Origin: Basidiobolus meristosporus CBS 931.73
Taxonomy: Eukaryota; Fungi; Basidiobolomycota
Assembly: GCA_002104905.1 (NCBI GenBank)
Contig: MCFE01000192.1
Location: 1 to 64,000, forward strand
Reading direction: 5' to 3'
Length of the DNA: 64,000 nt
The position numbers and the translations under genes are program-made. A model generated the notes under the pieces. That model saw nothing but the letters and a program-made list of their open reading frames with translations, searched no databases and was not told the origin of the DNA. The first letter of the stretch is position 1, and each line of letters opens with the position of its first letter. Positions 24,977 through 37,822 of this stretch are shown here, piece after piece.

Positions 24977-26104
24977 CTATGGGAGACTTGGAGAAATGAA
25001 CAGGACTAGTAGAGAGAGTACAAGCGAGGGCAGGGCCCTGACGCTGCTTGACAGGGTGTCATACGGGGGCACAGTATCGTCGCCAGAATTGGTCTTGATC
25101 TCATTGGCCGGGGTGCGGTTACGGAATGGTTCAAGTCCCGCTTCCGGAAGGGATGGGCCACTAGGCGGGTTTGCGCAGGGGACAAAAAGCTCTTCTTTGC
25201 CAGTAATCACCGATTCATAGGCATTCAGCTTCACATTGTTCTTGAATTCAAGATCGCCCAACCCCACTAGATCCATCAGATCGCTGACCCTGTCGGCAGA
25301 ATCGGGCCAAACATCATCAGGATAGCAGCATAGTAGTTTACGTCGCACCACTAGGAATCTCTCCAAATACTCTTGCTCGTTCGATGTGGCTTTTGGCCCA
25401 GTGAGATTGATGATGGTCCTCAGGCTCAGCCCATCGTCTTCCTCCCATCCATGCTGCACTGCAGTATCATAAAAGATAGCCTTTCCTAGGCTTGAGGTGA
25501 TCCCAACCTCTGCTGCCAACTCGACCGCAGGCAAGTAGTAGATTAGATCAGCGACATCATCCTGAACACTGCGAAACTCGGGCAAGCATGATTCTCGTTT
25601 CCAGAGCTCCGCAAAGGCCATCAGTTTGCTGACATCTCCATCGGGAATACTGCAGTCAGGATGAGTGGCTAGTCTACGAAGCTCTGGACGGTACCTGGAA
25701 AAGCCAGTCTCGGCCCCCACTCTTCGCTCGTATTCCTCTATCACGGTATACAGGTCCCCAGTGCCGGTGGTGAAGCCAACAGTGCCACAGGTAAAACCTC
25801 GCTGATCGCCAATATTCTCGCAGAATCCGTAGTTGATGGTTTTGCTAGCATGCTCGAACACGTTGGTTATCAACCGAATGATTTTCTTGGCTTTAGGATC
25901 AATCATTTCCTTCTTCAGGATCTCCTGGTAATTTCTGGGTAATTTGGGCGCGCACAAGGACTGCGCTCTGACCGGAAAGTCAAACATTTGACAGTTGGTG
26001 GGACTTTTGGCGAATTCGTTTTTGCAGTAATCAAACTTGCCCCCTTGCACCCTGATACTCAGGAAAATCCAGATCATCGACAGGGCTGCTCTTGACGGTA
26101 CCAT
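24977..26104 (-). CDS. GH46 chitosanase with signal peptide and GPI-like C-terminal tail, intronless
   Basis: Aligns by eye to Streptomyces-type GH46: NVFEHAS (catalytic Glu), ENIGDQRGFTCGTVGFTTGTGD (catalytic Asp and Thr), IFYDTAVQHG, EQEYLERFLVVRR, DRVS. N-terminal hydrophobic signal; C-terminal LPSLVLSLLVLFISPSLP. Confidence 0.9.
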   Translation of the reverse strand: MVPSRAALSMIWIFLSIRVQGGKFDYCKNEFAKSPTNCQMFDFPVRAQSLCAPKLPRNYQEILKKEMIDPKAKKIIRLITNVFEHASKTINYGFCENIGDQRGFTCGTVGFTTGTGDLYTVIEEYERRVGAETGFSRYRPELRRLATHPDCSIPDGDVSKLMAFAELWKRESCLPEFRSVQDDVADLIYYLPAVELAAEVGITSSLGKAIFYDTAVQHGWEEDDGLSLRTIINLTGPKATSNEQEYLERFLVVRRKLLCCYPDDVWPDSADRVSDLMDLVGLGDLEFKNNVKLNAYESVITGKEELFVPCANPPSGPSLPEAGLEPFRNRTPANEIKTNSGDDTVPPYDTLSSSVRALPSLVLSLLVLFISPSLP

Positions 26105-26490
26105 CGTGAAGTATATCAATCTTTCTAGGCTGCTGTTTGTTGGCTCGTGTGTGTATAGATGCTTCGCTTTCTATATTCGCTTCGACAGGGCTTTGATTAT
26201 ATTTATACTACGCAGTAATGTTGGTTGACCTAGTGAATTTTCCTCTGCAGTCAGGATCATTGTTCGCTCAATATTCGGACAGTGGGAGACGTGTTAGCTG
26301 ACCCAGTGCATATATCCATTATGATTTCTGGTGCCCACTCCAGCCAGTCCAGGAAGCCGGAGAAATCCCATCTACTGCATAGCAGGGTTAGGGTATCTGG
26401 TCAGAAATGATTGGTGTTGTTTCAGCGGGAGGATAATAATTTAGCCACGATAATCCGCACCATGCCAACAATTATCACATCGGATTGAAG

Positions 26491-26530
26491 CCATACATCG
26501 AGCAGATTAACCATACATCGAGCAGATTAA
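26491..26530. repeat. Exact 20-bp tandem duplication in the chitosanase/allantoicase divergent intergenic region
   Basis: CCATACATCGAGCAGATTAA x2. Confidence 0.9.
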
Positions 26531-26690
26531 TGCTAGTAAAAAAGATTATCTTGAAGATTATCAACCTCCCCAACACCCCTTTCTGAGATTTGAAACAAAC
26601 CCTTCATGTCCCTTGATGCCGATATAAAGCAACAAATGGGCTGGATTGGGGCTTGTACCAGTGCGATCCTTCTCCCCCATTACAAGAACA

Positions 26691-27728
26691 ATGGCCTCGT
26701 TTACTCGACTCCCTCTCGGTGACATTAAAACCACTCCTCTCGGCAATTATGTCGACCTCGCCAATTGCAAGCTAGGATCGAAGGTGGTGGCCGTATCCGA
26801 TGAGTTTTTTGCTGCTGCTTCCAACATGTTGAACCCTAAGCCCTCAGTACGTGAGATTGGTAAATTTGTGGAGACTGGCGCTTGGTTCGACGGGTGGGAA
26901 ACTCGCCGTCACAACCCCGACCATGACTGGGCCATCATTCAACTTGGTTTCCCTGGAACTATTGTTGGTTTTGACATCGATACTGCTCACTTCAATGGGA
27001 ACCATGCCCCCGTTGCTTCAGTCGAAGCTTGTTTCGTGAGTGAAGAAGAACTTAAAAGCGGTCAAGAACCAAACTACCAATGGGAGGAGCTACTTCCTCA
27101 GACCGATTTGAATCCGAACTCCAAACACTATTTCCTCCTGAATGTTCCTACTGAGACCGTATACAACTTTGTTCGTATCAATCAATATCCAGACGGTGGC
27201 ATCGCCCGTTTCCGTGTGTATGGCACTATTGTCCCCAACTTCCCGGAGAACAAAGAGGAGCTGATCGACTTGGCTTACGTGGGTAGTGGAGCTCGTGTTG
27301 TAACCTCCTCCAACGATCATTTCTCACCTGCCTCTAACATCATATTACCTACTCGTGGAGAGAACATGGGTGATGGTTGGGAGACAAAGCGCTCCCGTAC
27401 CCCTGGTCACGTTGACTATGTCATCGTGAAACTCGGAGCTCCAGGCCGCCTTGATAAGGCTATCTTCGATACCCTTCATTTCCGAGGCAATTTCCCTCAT
27501 CAAGCCTCATTGGAAGCATGTTACTCGGAGCAGGAAAACCCGCTGAATGACCCTGCAGTGGATACCGAAGCCTACTGGGTTACAATCTCCCCTAAACAAA
27601 AAACCGCTGCTGATACCGAACACGAATGGGATTTGACTCCCAAAGATAAGGTGTTTACTCACGTTCGTGCCACCATCTACCCCGATGGCGGCTTCAAGCG
27701 CCTCAGGGTTTATGGCTATCGGGCATAG
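26691..27728 (+). CDS. DAL2: Allantoicase, intronless
   Basis: Two allantoicase repeats: SDEFFA..DGWETRRH..DW and SNDHF..MGDGWETKRSR..GHVDY; YPDGGIARFRVYG and YPDGGFKRLRVYG. Confidence 0.95.
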   Translation: MASFTRLPLGDIKTTPLGNYVDLANCKLGSKVVAVSDEFFAAASNMLNPKPSVREIGKFVETGAWFDGWETRRHNPDHDWAIIQLGFPGTIVGFDIDTAHFNGNHAPVASVEACFVSEEELKSGQEPNYQWEELLPQTDLNPNSKHYFLLNVPTETVYNFVRINQYPDGGIARFRVYGTIVPNFPENKEELIDLAYVGSGARVVTSSNDHFSPASNIILPTRGENMGDGWETKRSRTPGHVDYVIVKLGAPGRLDKAIFDTLHFRGNFPHQASLEACYSEQENPLNDPAVDTEAYWVTISPKQKTAADTEHEWDLTPKDKVFTHVRATIYPDGGFKRLRVYGYRA

Positions 27729-28153
27729 AGCAACCTGCATTCATCTCATAATTATACTGTCTACGCATAACAATTGTATTTTTCCATACCTAATAAACCC
27801 TTACTCCTGATGGTGGTCATGTACTCTGGGTCGATTCGATCATGTTTCAACGATGTGGTAGTGTGACCATTGCACCTTCTATCAGTTTAGTGTCTGATTT
27901 GAGGGCATCGAGATACACCAGTAATATTCACCTAGACCAAGTAGTGATTAGTAGAACGAAACATATCATGTGTCAAGCAAAACACGAGAAATAGTCCCAA
28001 GGAACCAATCGCTTTCCATCAAGAAGCAACGACCGCAAGCGAAATTAGTCCATATAAAGTAAAAAAAAACTTCTTTGGATGAGAAATTCGGGAATATACT
28101 CAGTACTGGTAAGAGACCACTGACCTGGTTTCGTTTTCACACTCGCTACTTTA

Positions 28154-29963
28154 ATGTTGAGCTCCTCATGGTTACGTTTTTCGAGAGCTCGACTCTGTAC
28201 CTCGACCAGACAATATGGAATCATGGCCCGTGCCAAGCATAGAGCTGGTATATCACTAGAAAGCAATCTACGAAAGAATATGGAAAATGAGGCGGAGTTG
28301 GGACTAAAGAAGCTGGAGGAGACTCGGGTCGGAGAAAGGATTTCGGCTCCACCGACGAACATTTCCTCCATAGACAGGCCAGCCAGACCCGAGGGAATAA
28401 TACAAGAGGCGCTGGACTCCACTGAAATCAAAATCCCTGCTCCCACTAAAACTTTGCCTGTCTCACAAACCAAGGTGCAAACAACCACGACCTCAAAGAA
28501 AGCCAAGAACGTTCAAAGTAAACCTTACAAACCACCTCCACTTGTTTCCAGCACTGGTCAAGTTATTATCACTCAGCCAGGTAAGTTGGCCAATCTCGCA
28601 CTTGTCAGAGGAACGGTTTGTTAAAACGGAGCTTTACAGACATGCGAGTCAAACTTCCCAAAGTTTACGAAAGTATCGAACAGCCAGCGAACCCGCGACT
28701 ACTTCGTGTAGCGGTTGTTGGTGCGGCTAATGCTGGCAAATCCACCATAGTCAACCACTTGGTCGGCGAGGAGGTTGGTGAATCGTGTTGCTATTTGTCT
28801 AGGATTCGAAAAAACTAAAGCTTAGAATAGGTGTCCATCGTTTCAGCCAGACCACAGACAACTCGCGAGCGTATACTTGGGGTACTCTCCGAAGAAGACA
28901 CGCAGATTGTAAGCATATGTACGATTGAAAGGACTGCTATTCCCTGGAAACTAATCACCCATGGATCAAGGTTTTTCTGGACACGCCTGGTGTGATTCCG
29001 AACAAGAACAGATTGAGGTAAGATGCTTTCCTGACCAGCGCGTACCAGGTCTCGGTTACTGATCAAAGGGTTCACTATAGGTTGGTCCGTGAAATAGTGA
29101 GCTCCCCCTGGCACACAATCAACGAAGCTGACCACTGTTAGTACCGAACAACACTGTAGCCACAAAAAATCCCCCACGGTATTAACCATGTTTTCACCAG
29201 TGTTGGTTCTGATCGACGGCCCAGAGGCCATCAAGAGATTTTCCGTAGCAGAAACCTATCTGTTTGAGCGGCTAAAGGAGCTGAGTGTACCGGCCACCCT
29301 GGTATTAAACAAGGTAAAGGTAGAGAAGCCCATGTGTAGCGTGCAGTGCTAACCCCACTTCTTTTATTAGATGGATCTTGTTGAGGATAAGGACATGATC
29401 TCACTGCTTACCGACCACTACCAGAAACAGTATGGTCACTTCTTACGAGTCATATACACATCTGCACTGTACAATGTTGGTGTACCCGACGTCAAGGTAG
29501 GACTCAGTCGAACGCGTAGGCCGACAAGTCACCACTAAACACACGTTCACAGGAATGGTTGATGTCGCTGGCGAAGCCCAACAATTGGTTGTACGCGAGG
29601 GATCAGAAGGGAGATATGTCTGACCTGAAGCGAGTCGAGGAACTGATCAGAGCCGAATTCTTCTCCCGTCTGCATTCCTATCTCCCGTATACCATCCGTC
29701 AAGAGAATGTTGGCTGGACTAATATACCCAGCGGTGCCCTCCGCATCGATCAGAATATCTTCGTGGACAAACCCAGCCAAGAGGTAAGCCTACTTTCCCA
29801 AAGACACCCCCGAGCCGCACGCTGATCTTCGTCTCCTTAGAAAATCATCGTTGGCGCCCAAGGGAAAATCATCAAAGAGGTGACCACAGCGGCTACCGCA
29901 CGCATCGCCAGAATCCTACGGAGACCCATCCATTTATACTTAAGAGTGAGAACAAAGAAATAG
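28154..29963 (+). CDS. Era-like GTPase (ERAL1-like, probably mitochondrial), multi-exon
   Basis: G1 GAANAGKST, G2 PQTTRE, G3 DTPG, G4 NKMD, KH-type IIVGAQGKIIKEV; Arg/Ser-rich N-terminus. Exons join across canonical GT-AG introns. Confidence 0.88.
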
Positions 29964-30415
29964 CCGGATTTCTTTAAAAGTGCGACGTTTAATTTCAACC
30001 GATTCACCAGCCATTACTCAAGTGCTGACAAAATAAATGAGCGAAGACAGTGACACATTAATTCTTCCAGATCTTCGGTGAGTTTACTCTGCTGCATCCC
30101 CATCTCGGCCCCTGAACCGTATACCGTCTTTCGAATGGTTGCCTCGGAGTGCGTGTATGCGTGCGTATGTGTGCTGGCAATCATGGATGTTTCTGGGACA
30201 AGAGTAGGAAGAAGTCTATGGCTGGATGATTGATTTAAATAAAAATGGGTCGTGACCAAGAGATACGGGTTGAAAAGTGTATGTATAGTAAGACGTGAGG
30301 TTCAAGGTGATATGAAGCAATGACAGGATGTCAACAAGTAGTATGAATGCAGCAAGTGAAGGGGGATGAATGCGGCTTGTATAGTGTGTCAATAAATAGC
30401 GACTTCATATCAGGT

Positions 30416-31122
30416 CTAGGGTTCTGTAGCTGGCTTCTCATTTGGCTCGGTTTTTAATCGCTTGGGCTTTGGCTCCACGGCCTCGGTGATCTGTTTGTAC
30501 GAGGGATGCTGGTCGACTAGGTTCACGTAGTACTGTTGGAGAGTCTCCGGTGAGCAGTATAATTTCCAATCGATAAAGAACAGGAACTCAAGCTCTAGAG
30601 CGTTGATTTCTTGAGTGGAAACTCCACCGACTTTCGCGTAGTGTGTATTTGTGCAGTACGCATCACACAATGCCTTCGAAGCAACCACCACAGCTGTAAT
30701 GAGAAATCTATGAACTGTTAAGGATGAGATAATGAAGTTTCGATGTAACTCACTCACTCGATCTATATATACGAGTAACATGATGAGACAAGGCTTCTCT
30801 AAAGAGGTGTACTTCACTATACGTCTCAGGTAGTCATAAATAGAGATCCCAGGTGGCGTGCGCGAGTGAAATCTTGTCAGATTGTTGGGCGTCAAGGGGA
30901 TTTGATCGTTATGCGCTATCAACCGATTGAACATATCCGCTGTAACAAACAGATATTTAGTACACCTTCGGCGATAAACCAGATCTTGACCAACAAAACC
31001 AGGGCTTTACCAATCAAGTGTGTCAGGTGGGCGGTGTCAGCGAGGTAAAAATACTCCGGAACCTCGATGGTAACCTCAGTTTTGGCGACAACGATACCGT
31101 TGGACGAAGCGGAGTCGGACAT
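30416..31122 (-). CDS. Pho80/PREG-type cyclin; 2 exons
   Basis: LTRFHSRTPPGISIYDYLRRIVKY, VHRFLITAVVVASK, YAKVGGVSTQEINALELEFL. Probable start MSDSASS at 31122. Confidence 0.9.
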
Positions 31123-31937
31123 ATTGGAATTAAACTTGGCCAGAAAGAGTACAGCCTTGCTTGGAAAAGAACAAGAGTATATGCTAAAAGACACGTACAA
31201 GAAGGAAAGAAAAAAGTATTTGCCGAAAGTGAAATGGGTGTGTAGTAATCTATCCGCCGATCGAAGTCTTGTTTCGTGAAATAAGGTAGAAGCATGAAAC
31301 CAATTACTAACAAGACATAATCTCTATTCTTGTGATTGGGCTGTCTATAGCTTTTTCAAAAGAATTTATATATACACATATATATATGTATATATAACTA
31401 ACTAGTTGAATAAGTGAAAAAAATTCGGCGACAAAAGGGAAAGAAGGCCACCTCTATATGACTTTAAACGAGATGAAAGTAAAGGTTATCCGCTGAGCGA
31501 TAATTGGATCCAGCCACTTCTCACGCCTACTGATTGGCAGAAATTTCCGTGGTGAATCCTAGCGCAGAAGGGGACTTGCACCTGGAAAGTTAACCAACTT
31601 TGATTAAGAGATATTCTGGAATCATCTAATCCGCAACCTCCTTGTTCTGGATTCGACGTCATAACAATGGAAATTCCAGCTACGGTTACGTTTCGAGTTA
31701 AATTTTCAAGTATTCAAAGATCCTGCCATTCTTTCATTGCTGTCTGTTTCGCTTTTGTACTTTGTCCTATACTTAGTGAGTGAGCACTTCTCTTTACAAT
31801 ATGGTTGACTTGTCTCGTGTTAATATTCCTTTCTCTCCTTATTTGTTTAGTAAATCGAGCATTGTATAAGCTTTACGGCATATCATTATTTTCAAGGTTT
31901 ACTGGTTGCATCTTTCGAAAGTTAATTACTTGCTAAA

Positions 31938-32604
31938 ATGGCCAAAGGTAAGTGTCTTGCAACGCACAGGGTCCTTTGCCTTCTATACTCATCCCATCTA
32001 TCGTCAATAGTCCCAAGAAATTTCCGTCTTCTAGAAGAATTAGAAAAGGGTGAAAAAGGCATCGGAGATGGCACCTGTAGTTACGGTTTAGCCGATGGAG
32101 ATGACATAATGATGAGCAATTGGAACGGTACTATTCTTGGTCCACCCCACGTAAGAATATACTCGACTATTCTAACTGCCGTTTCTTTACTAATAATCTT
32201 ACCTTCAGTCTGTTCACGAGAACCGTATCTACTCCTTGAAAATCCACTGTGATGCCAACTATCCCGATTCACCACCTGCTGTTTCTTTCCTATCCCAAAT
32301 TAATCTTCCCTGTGTAAACCAGCAGAATGGTTTGGTAAGGACCTGTCCTACACACTAATGCTACAAACGCTTAGTTTTCTAACTTAACCTTTTATCTGAT
32401 AATAGGTTGAGCCCAGTAAGCTGAACTGCTTACAACACTGGAAGCGCAACTACACCTTGGAGACCGTGTTGACTGAGATCCGACGGTATGTGTAGTTCAA
32501 CTGCAGTGTCATAATCAGACTATCCTAATTGGTTTATTCGTAGTGAAATGGCTAGCTCGCACAACCGTAAACTTCCTCAACCTCAAGAAGGAACTTTCTA
32601 CTAA
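31938..32604 (+). CDS. MMS2: Ubiquitin-conjugating enzyme variant Mms2/UEV1, multi-exon
   Basis: MAK|[38 protein letters not shown]|[23 protein letters not shown]. Confidence 0.95.
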
Positions 32605-33175
32605 TGCCCCAAGCTCAAAGGGTACTCATAGCCTCTATTTTAATCCCAAGCTACTGGTCATTATTGAAATCCTTTTTGTCTTTCCTCTTATGATGCTTGT
32701 TAAATAAATCCTTGTAACAAGAACAATTCACCCATCATCGCATTCTCATCAGGAATTCCAGGAATGGGAATTATATCCCATTACGCCTTACAAAGCCAAT
32801 GGTGTGCCTCGTAAAGCATACGAATCTAGGTTTTTGAATGTTGCACATCAGAGTTCGAATATTCTGGTGTATCCAGTTGACATTGTTGCTGCACGGATCA
32901 ATTCGCTTGGTTGGAGTTCCCTTATCTCGAAGCCAACCTAAGCCAGCATATACTTATCATCTCGATTACTAAGCAGATAGAAAAATCATTTTGATTTCTA
33001 AACAATTATTCGATTTTCAATGAATGCTATTAGAATCTGGAAAACATAGACTTTTCTTATCAGTATTTAGTGCTTGCGTGCAATAAGCCAAACTGGCCCA
33101 TTCTTTTCATATTACCAACTTCAGTGCGGATACCAAACCCTCGAACATTAAGCACAAGATATACATAACAGCAAA

Positions 33176-35172
33176 ATGCCTTACACTTTCCCTAGTTATC
33201 CACCCTCTGCATCTCCCGAATTATTGGAGGAATTGAAGCAAGTAGCTTTAGATTGGGCGTTCGCCCATGGTCTTGTTATGCGTGCACCGATAGAGCCACA
33301 AACCGGCTTACCACCTGCCGGTCAAGTCATTAATGCACCTTTCGCACTTCTCCCGTCGCCTTTTCCAAAACATTGTTTTGAAGAAGCCATCGAACTTCAG
33401 CCAGCCATGAACCAGCTTCTACACACCGTTTCTGAGGATCACGAGTTTTTGCAGGAAATTATGGAAAGGTGATGAAATTTTGGTATATTCAGTATCTGTC
33501 TCACAGTTTGTGCTAATGTATTCAGCGAAATAGCTTGTCCAACGTTGACGACTTCATGAAGAACCTATACGATATCTTCTTGAAGGTGAAGGGGGAGGGT
33601 TTTTCGCAGGTAGGCCATTTATCAATGGTGAGTGTGGTTGGTGGTTTTATTTATACGAGCAATTTTTAGACCGTCTCTTTGGGCATTCATCGCTCGGATT
33701 ATTTATTACACGCTGTCGGCGAAGAGAAGCCTATTATCCAACAAGTAGAATTTAATACCATCGCTTCTTCTTTCGGAAGTTTAACCGGGCTAACCGGGCA
33801 ACTGCACAGGTACGGCTCTTAAAAGGTCATCAACTTCGGCTTATATTGATGGTTTGGTAGATATCTAGTCAATCACATCCAACACTTCCACCCAGAAATC
33901 GACGCTTCCCTATATACTCGTGAATCGCTTCCAGAAAGCAAATCTTTCACTGGAATCGCCAAAGGACTTGCTCAGGCACATGAGATTTACGGAGTTCAAG
34001 AGTAGAATATTATGTATACCATTGGCTGGAATTGGACTAGTTTTGACTGATCTTCATCCTCATAGTGCGGTTATCCTCTTTGTAGTTCAACCAAATGAGC
34101 GCAATATCTTTGACCAGCGTTGGATCGAATACAACCTTCTGAACAAGTAACCATACCCTTCACATCCTTTCTTTGTCCAGACAGCACACTAACAGGCGCT
34201 CAAGTCACGGCGTACGCGTAGTTCGTAAAACCCTATCTGAGGTTGCCGAGCAGGTCACCTTGGATGACAAACGTAACCTGATCATGTAAGTACATCTCTT
34301 GCATTGCTGTCAGCTTGCTGCCGATGTTGACCTGTCTGCTACAAAAGTGATGGTAAACGTATCTCGGTAACTTATTTCCGTTCTGGCTATGGTCCCGATG
34401 ACCATCCTTCCTCCAAGGTATGATGTAAGCGTACGAAAACAAGGATAGCTAGATTATAATGAGCAATATTTAGGAGTGGGATGCTAGATTGTTGATTGAA
34501 CGCTCTCGCGCCATCAAGTGTCCAACCATTGCTTATCAACTGGTTGGCGCCAAAAAAGTGCAACAGGTTCTGGCCAAGCCCGGCTTACTAGAAAGGTACG
34601 TTGGTCCTGTCACACATCACTAAACCCTACTAAACTTTCAAATCAGGTTTGTCCAGGATAAGAAGGTTGCTGAGAGGATCCGTCGCTCTTTCGCTGGGCT
34701 GTACCCTCTAGACGCGACTCCTGAAGGACGTGCGGCTGCCGAAATGGCGCTTAGTGATCCAGATCGTTTCGTGATGAAGCCACAGCGTGAGGGTGGCGGA
34801 AACAACATCTACGGACAGGATATCATTGATGCATTGAAGCAGATGTCAGTGGAGCAACAAAGCGCATACATTCTCATGGATCTGATCGTTCCTCCCACCG
34901 TCGAGAACTTGGTGGTTCGCCAAGGACAGCTACAAAACGGCACCTTCGTTAGTGAACTCGGGGTGTACGGTATCTGGATTAGGTAGGACTGATGTTGGTT
35001 TGATTTATATAGAATGCCTTCACTCAATGTTGGTTTGAAATACACTAGTGACGGCTCCAAGGTCCTAGTCAACGAAAATGCTGGCCATTTGCTTCGTACA
35101 AAGCTTTCCGATACCAAAGAGGGCGGTGTTGCAACTGGGTACGCGGTCATTGATAGCCCATTGTTAGTTTAG
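33176..35172 (+). CDS. GSH2: Glutathione synthetase (eukaryotic type), about 10 exons
   Basis: [79 protein letters not shown]. Confidence 0.96.
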
Positions 35173-35529
35173 GTCGTGATCCACATCGACTGGTGCTTCG
35201 TTTGTCCATTGAATGTTGTGTGAATAAAGTATGTTTTCACTCAAGTTATTGAGGGACATTTGCGGGAATTTACTTGTCAATGTCCCGCATGAGTGCATTT
35301 CCATTATGAGACACTGTGACTGCCTTGTCAATCAGATAGGATGAATCATTGATTTCCTGATCTGCTTCTCAGGTATTGTTTCATCCGTCAATTTAGCTCC
35401 TTGTTACATGGACAATAATTCGAATTTTATCCAATTTCTGGATCGAAACAATCATCAACTCCTTGGTGAACAATCACCTGAACCTAGACCTAGACTTCTA
35501 TCCCTTTTTCCACTTCAGCCAGCATTCTC

Positions 35530-37208
35530 ATGCCTGAGCCCATAACAAGTGCATTTTCTGAGAGTGCCATGACCAAGCAACCAATCACTTTCTACAAAGA
35601 AGAGAATCCCCCTCTTGTTCTTACGCTCAAGTCCATCGACAAAGCCAAGCGAGATCTCGTCTACCGCATTAAAGCAAAGGTATGTTTTGCCGGATACACT
35701 TACCCTTCGCTGTACTCAAGCAAAGAAACTTGTCTATTTTTACTGTGTGTACTCCGAACGCCAACCACTTCCGCCCATCTTCGTTGTACTATAGTCCGAA
35801 TTAACACAGTACAGGAAGAAGAACTACGACACGGTCGAAAGAACCTACGCCGAGTTCGAGCGACTGCATAGCTATCTGGTTAATGCTTACCCCGAATGTA
35901 TCGTCCCCATACTCCCTCGCCAACCTGATGACACCGGTAATCTTGATAGGAGTTTACGGCTGATTAAGAATTCCCTTCAAATCTTTTTGACTAGATTGGC
36001 TTCACACCCAATTTTACGTCAGGATTCGGAACTTCAATCATTCATCGAGTCCGATTTTGTGGTACGGTTTCTACTGAGGTTGTTTTGTTGAGGTCGGTAG
36101 CCCAACTTGCTAACCAAACATGCATACAGTATACACCCACAAGTAGAGCCAACCCGATCAAGGTTAGTCGTTTCCGTACGAAGCCCAAGGACGCCGGAAA
36201 CATATCCGAAGACAGAAAGGACCCGCTAGATCAAGAGTATTCGGCGCTAGTTGCGCTCGAAAGCAACCTCCAGAATGCTTCGAAGATCCTGACTCGCATT
36301 ACCAAAGCGAACAAAAGTAATTTCGACTCATTGTATGCTTATCCAATCCGGTCACTGAATGTGCCCTCCTCTCCAATGAACCCTTTTTCATCATAGACCT
36401 CACCGGATCTGAGGCGGAGGTCGCGGTCAAATTGTCATCATTCGCTGCATCCGAAGTAAACAGTCCGATGTCCAAGTATGGAACTTGCCTAACATGCAAA
36501 GCCGATTGTTAGTATTCACGCAACTCCCCTAGGCCTCTACGAAAACTAGGTGAATGTTTCCTTAAATGTGGCGAGCTGAATGGAGTGCAGGTAATTACTA
36601 GCTTCTGGGCTTCCCAAGACTTCGGTGTATTTATCACTAGGCCATTCTGCAGTTAGATCATAGGAACGCGCTACTGGGATACCTCTTTGACAGCTACGTC
36701 AGAAATGCCAAGTACATCCAGGTAATGAGGAATTTCGCAGACCAGGTGGTCAGCAATCGGTTCGAATAACGCTTGTTTTTGGAGTAGCTGTTGCTTCTAA
36801 ACCGCATCAATGTCAAAGCGGAATACGAAAACTCCGTCAAGACCTCGGAAAAACGACGACAGGCCATAGTGGTGATGAAAGCTTCGTCAAATATCAAGTC
36901 GGAAAAGGTCAACCAGGCGGTGGAAGATCTGGAGGAGGTAGCCATCACTTTCTTCGACTCGGCTTTGCTCAAGGTCGACATGTGATCTAACCGTTTCTGT
37001 GAATGCTGTCCAGGCCAAACAATTCGAGACCTACAAGCGAGCCCTGCACAACAAGATTGACAGGAACCTGAGAAGTGAGATTGAGATTTACGAAGAAACC
37101 AAGGTGTACGACTTTTTGAGCTGCTTCAACACGTACGCACGAAAGCAACTGGAACTGGAGCGACAGAAAGTTCAGTTGTGGGAAAGGATGTTGAACGAGT
37201 TGATTTAG
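35530..37208 (+). CDS. VPS17: PX-BAR sorting nexin, Vps17-like (retromer), multi-exon
   Basis: PX: VERTYAEFERLHSYL..HPILRQDSELQSFIESDF; BAR: KASSNIKSEKVNQAVEDLEE, resembling Vps17. Confidence 0.75.
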
Positions 37209-37822
37209 CTGCTCATGTTACTCTTCGTCCCCACTCGATAATCTGTCTACAGGCAATACCAACATCTAAATGATCCCCAGGAATGTCTTGCTCTGTAGAG
37301 GTTCCACTTTCTTACTTTTTCTGACTTTCAACCACCAAAACATCCCTCTCCTCCTAGATCCAAACCAACCTTCCCCATTTTTACACTGAATGCACTGCAC
37401 TAAGTATCATTCATGGGTTTTGTGAGCATTTAATCAAAGCGATTAAAATAATAAATAGCAGCGTCCGTTCTTTGATAAAGTTCCACCCGAATATTTGGCA
37501 ACAAGAAGTTAGCTATGTATGGGAGTGGGGGACAAACGAGTCCCGGAAAGGTGAGGGATTGGTGGGATACTGAGTGGGCGAGCAGAAAGGGGAAAAGAAT
37601 ATTGCGCAATATGTAGAAAAGAAACGGGAGCCAGGCTCTAGATGATGTTTCCCGTGTAACTGGGGTTTCTATTCCCTTCTATCCTCCATTTGATGGGCTG
37701 GATGATGAAGGGTACGGATAATGGAACTTGAACTTGCACTTCGATGTGTGTCGACGTAGATACCGGATGCTCGTATGTATTTTGGCTGGGTTTGTTTGGT
37801 TTGCGATGCTCCATCAAGCCCG

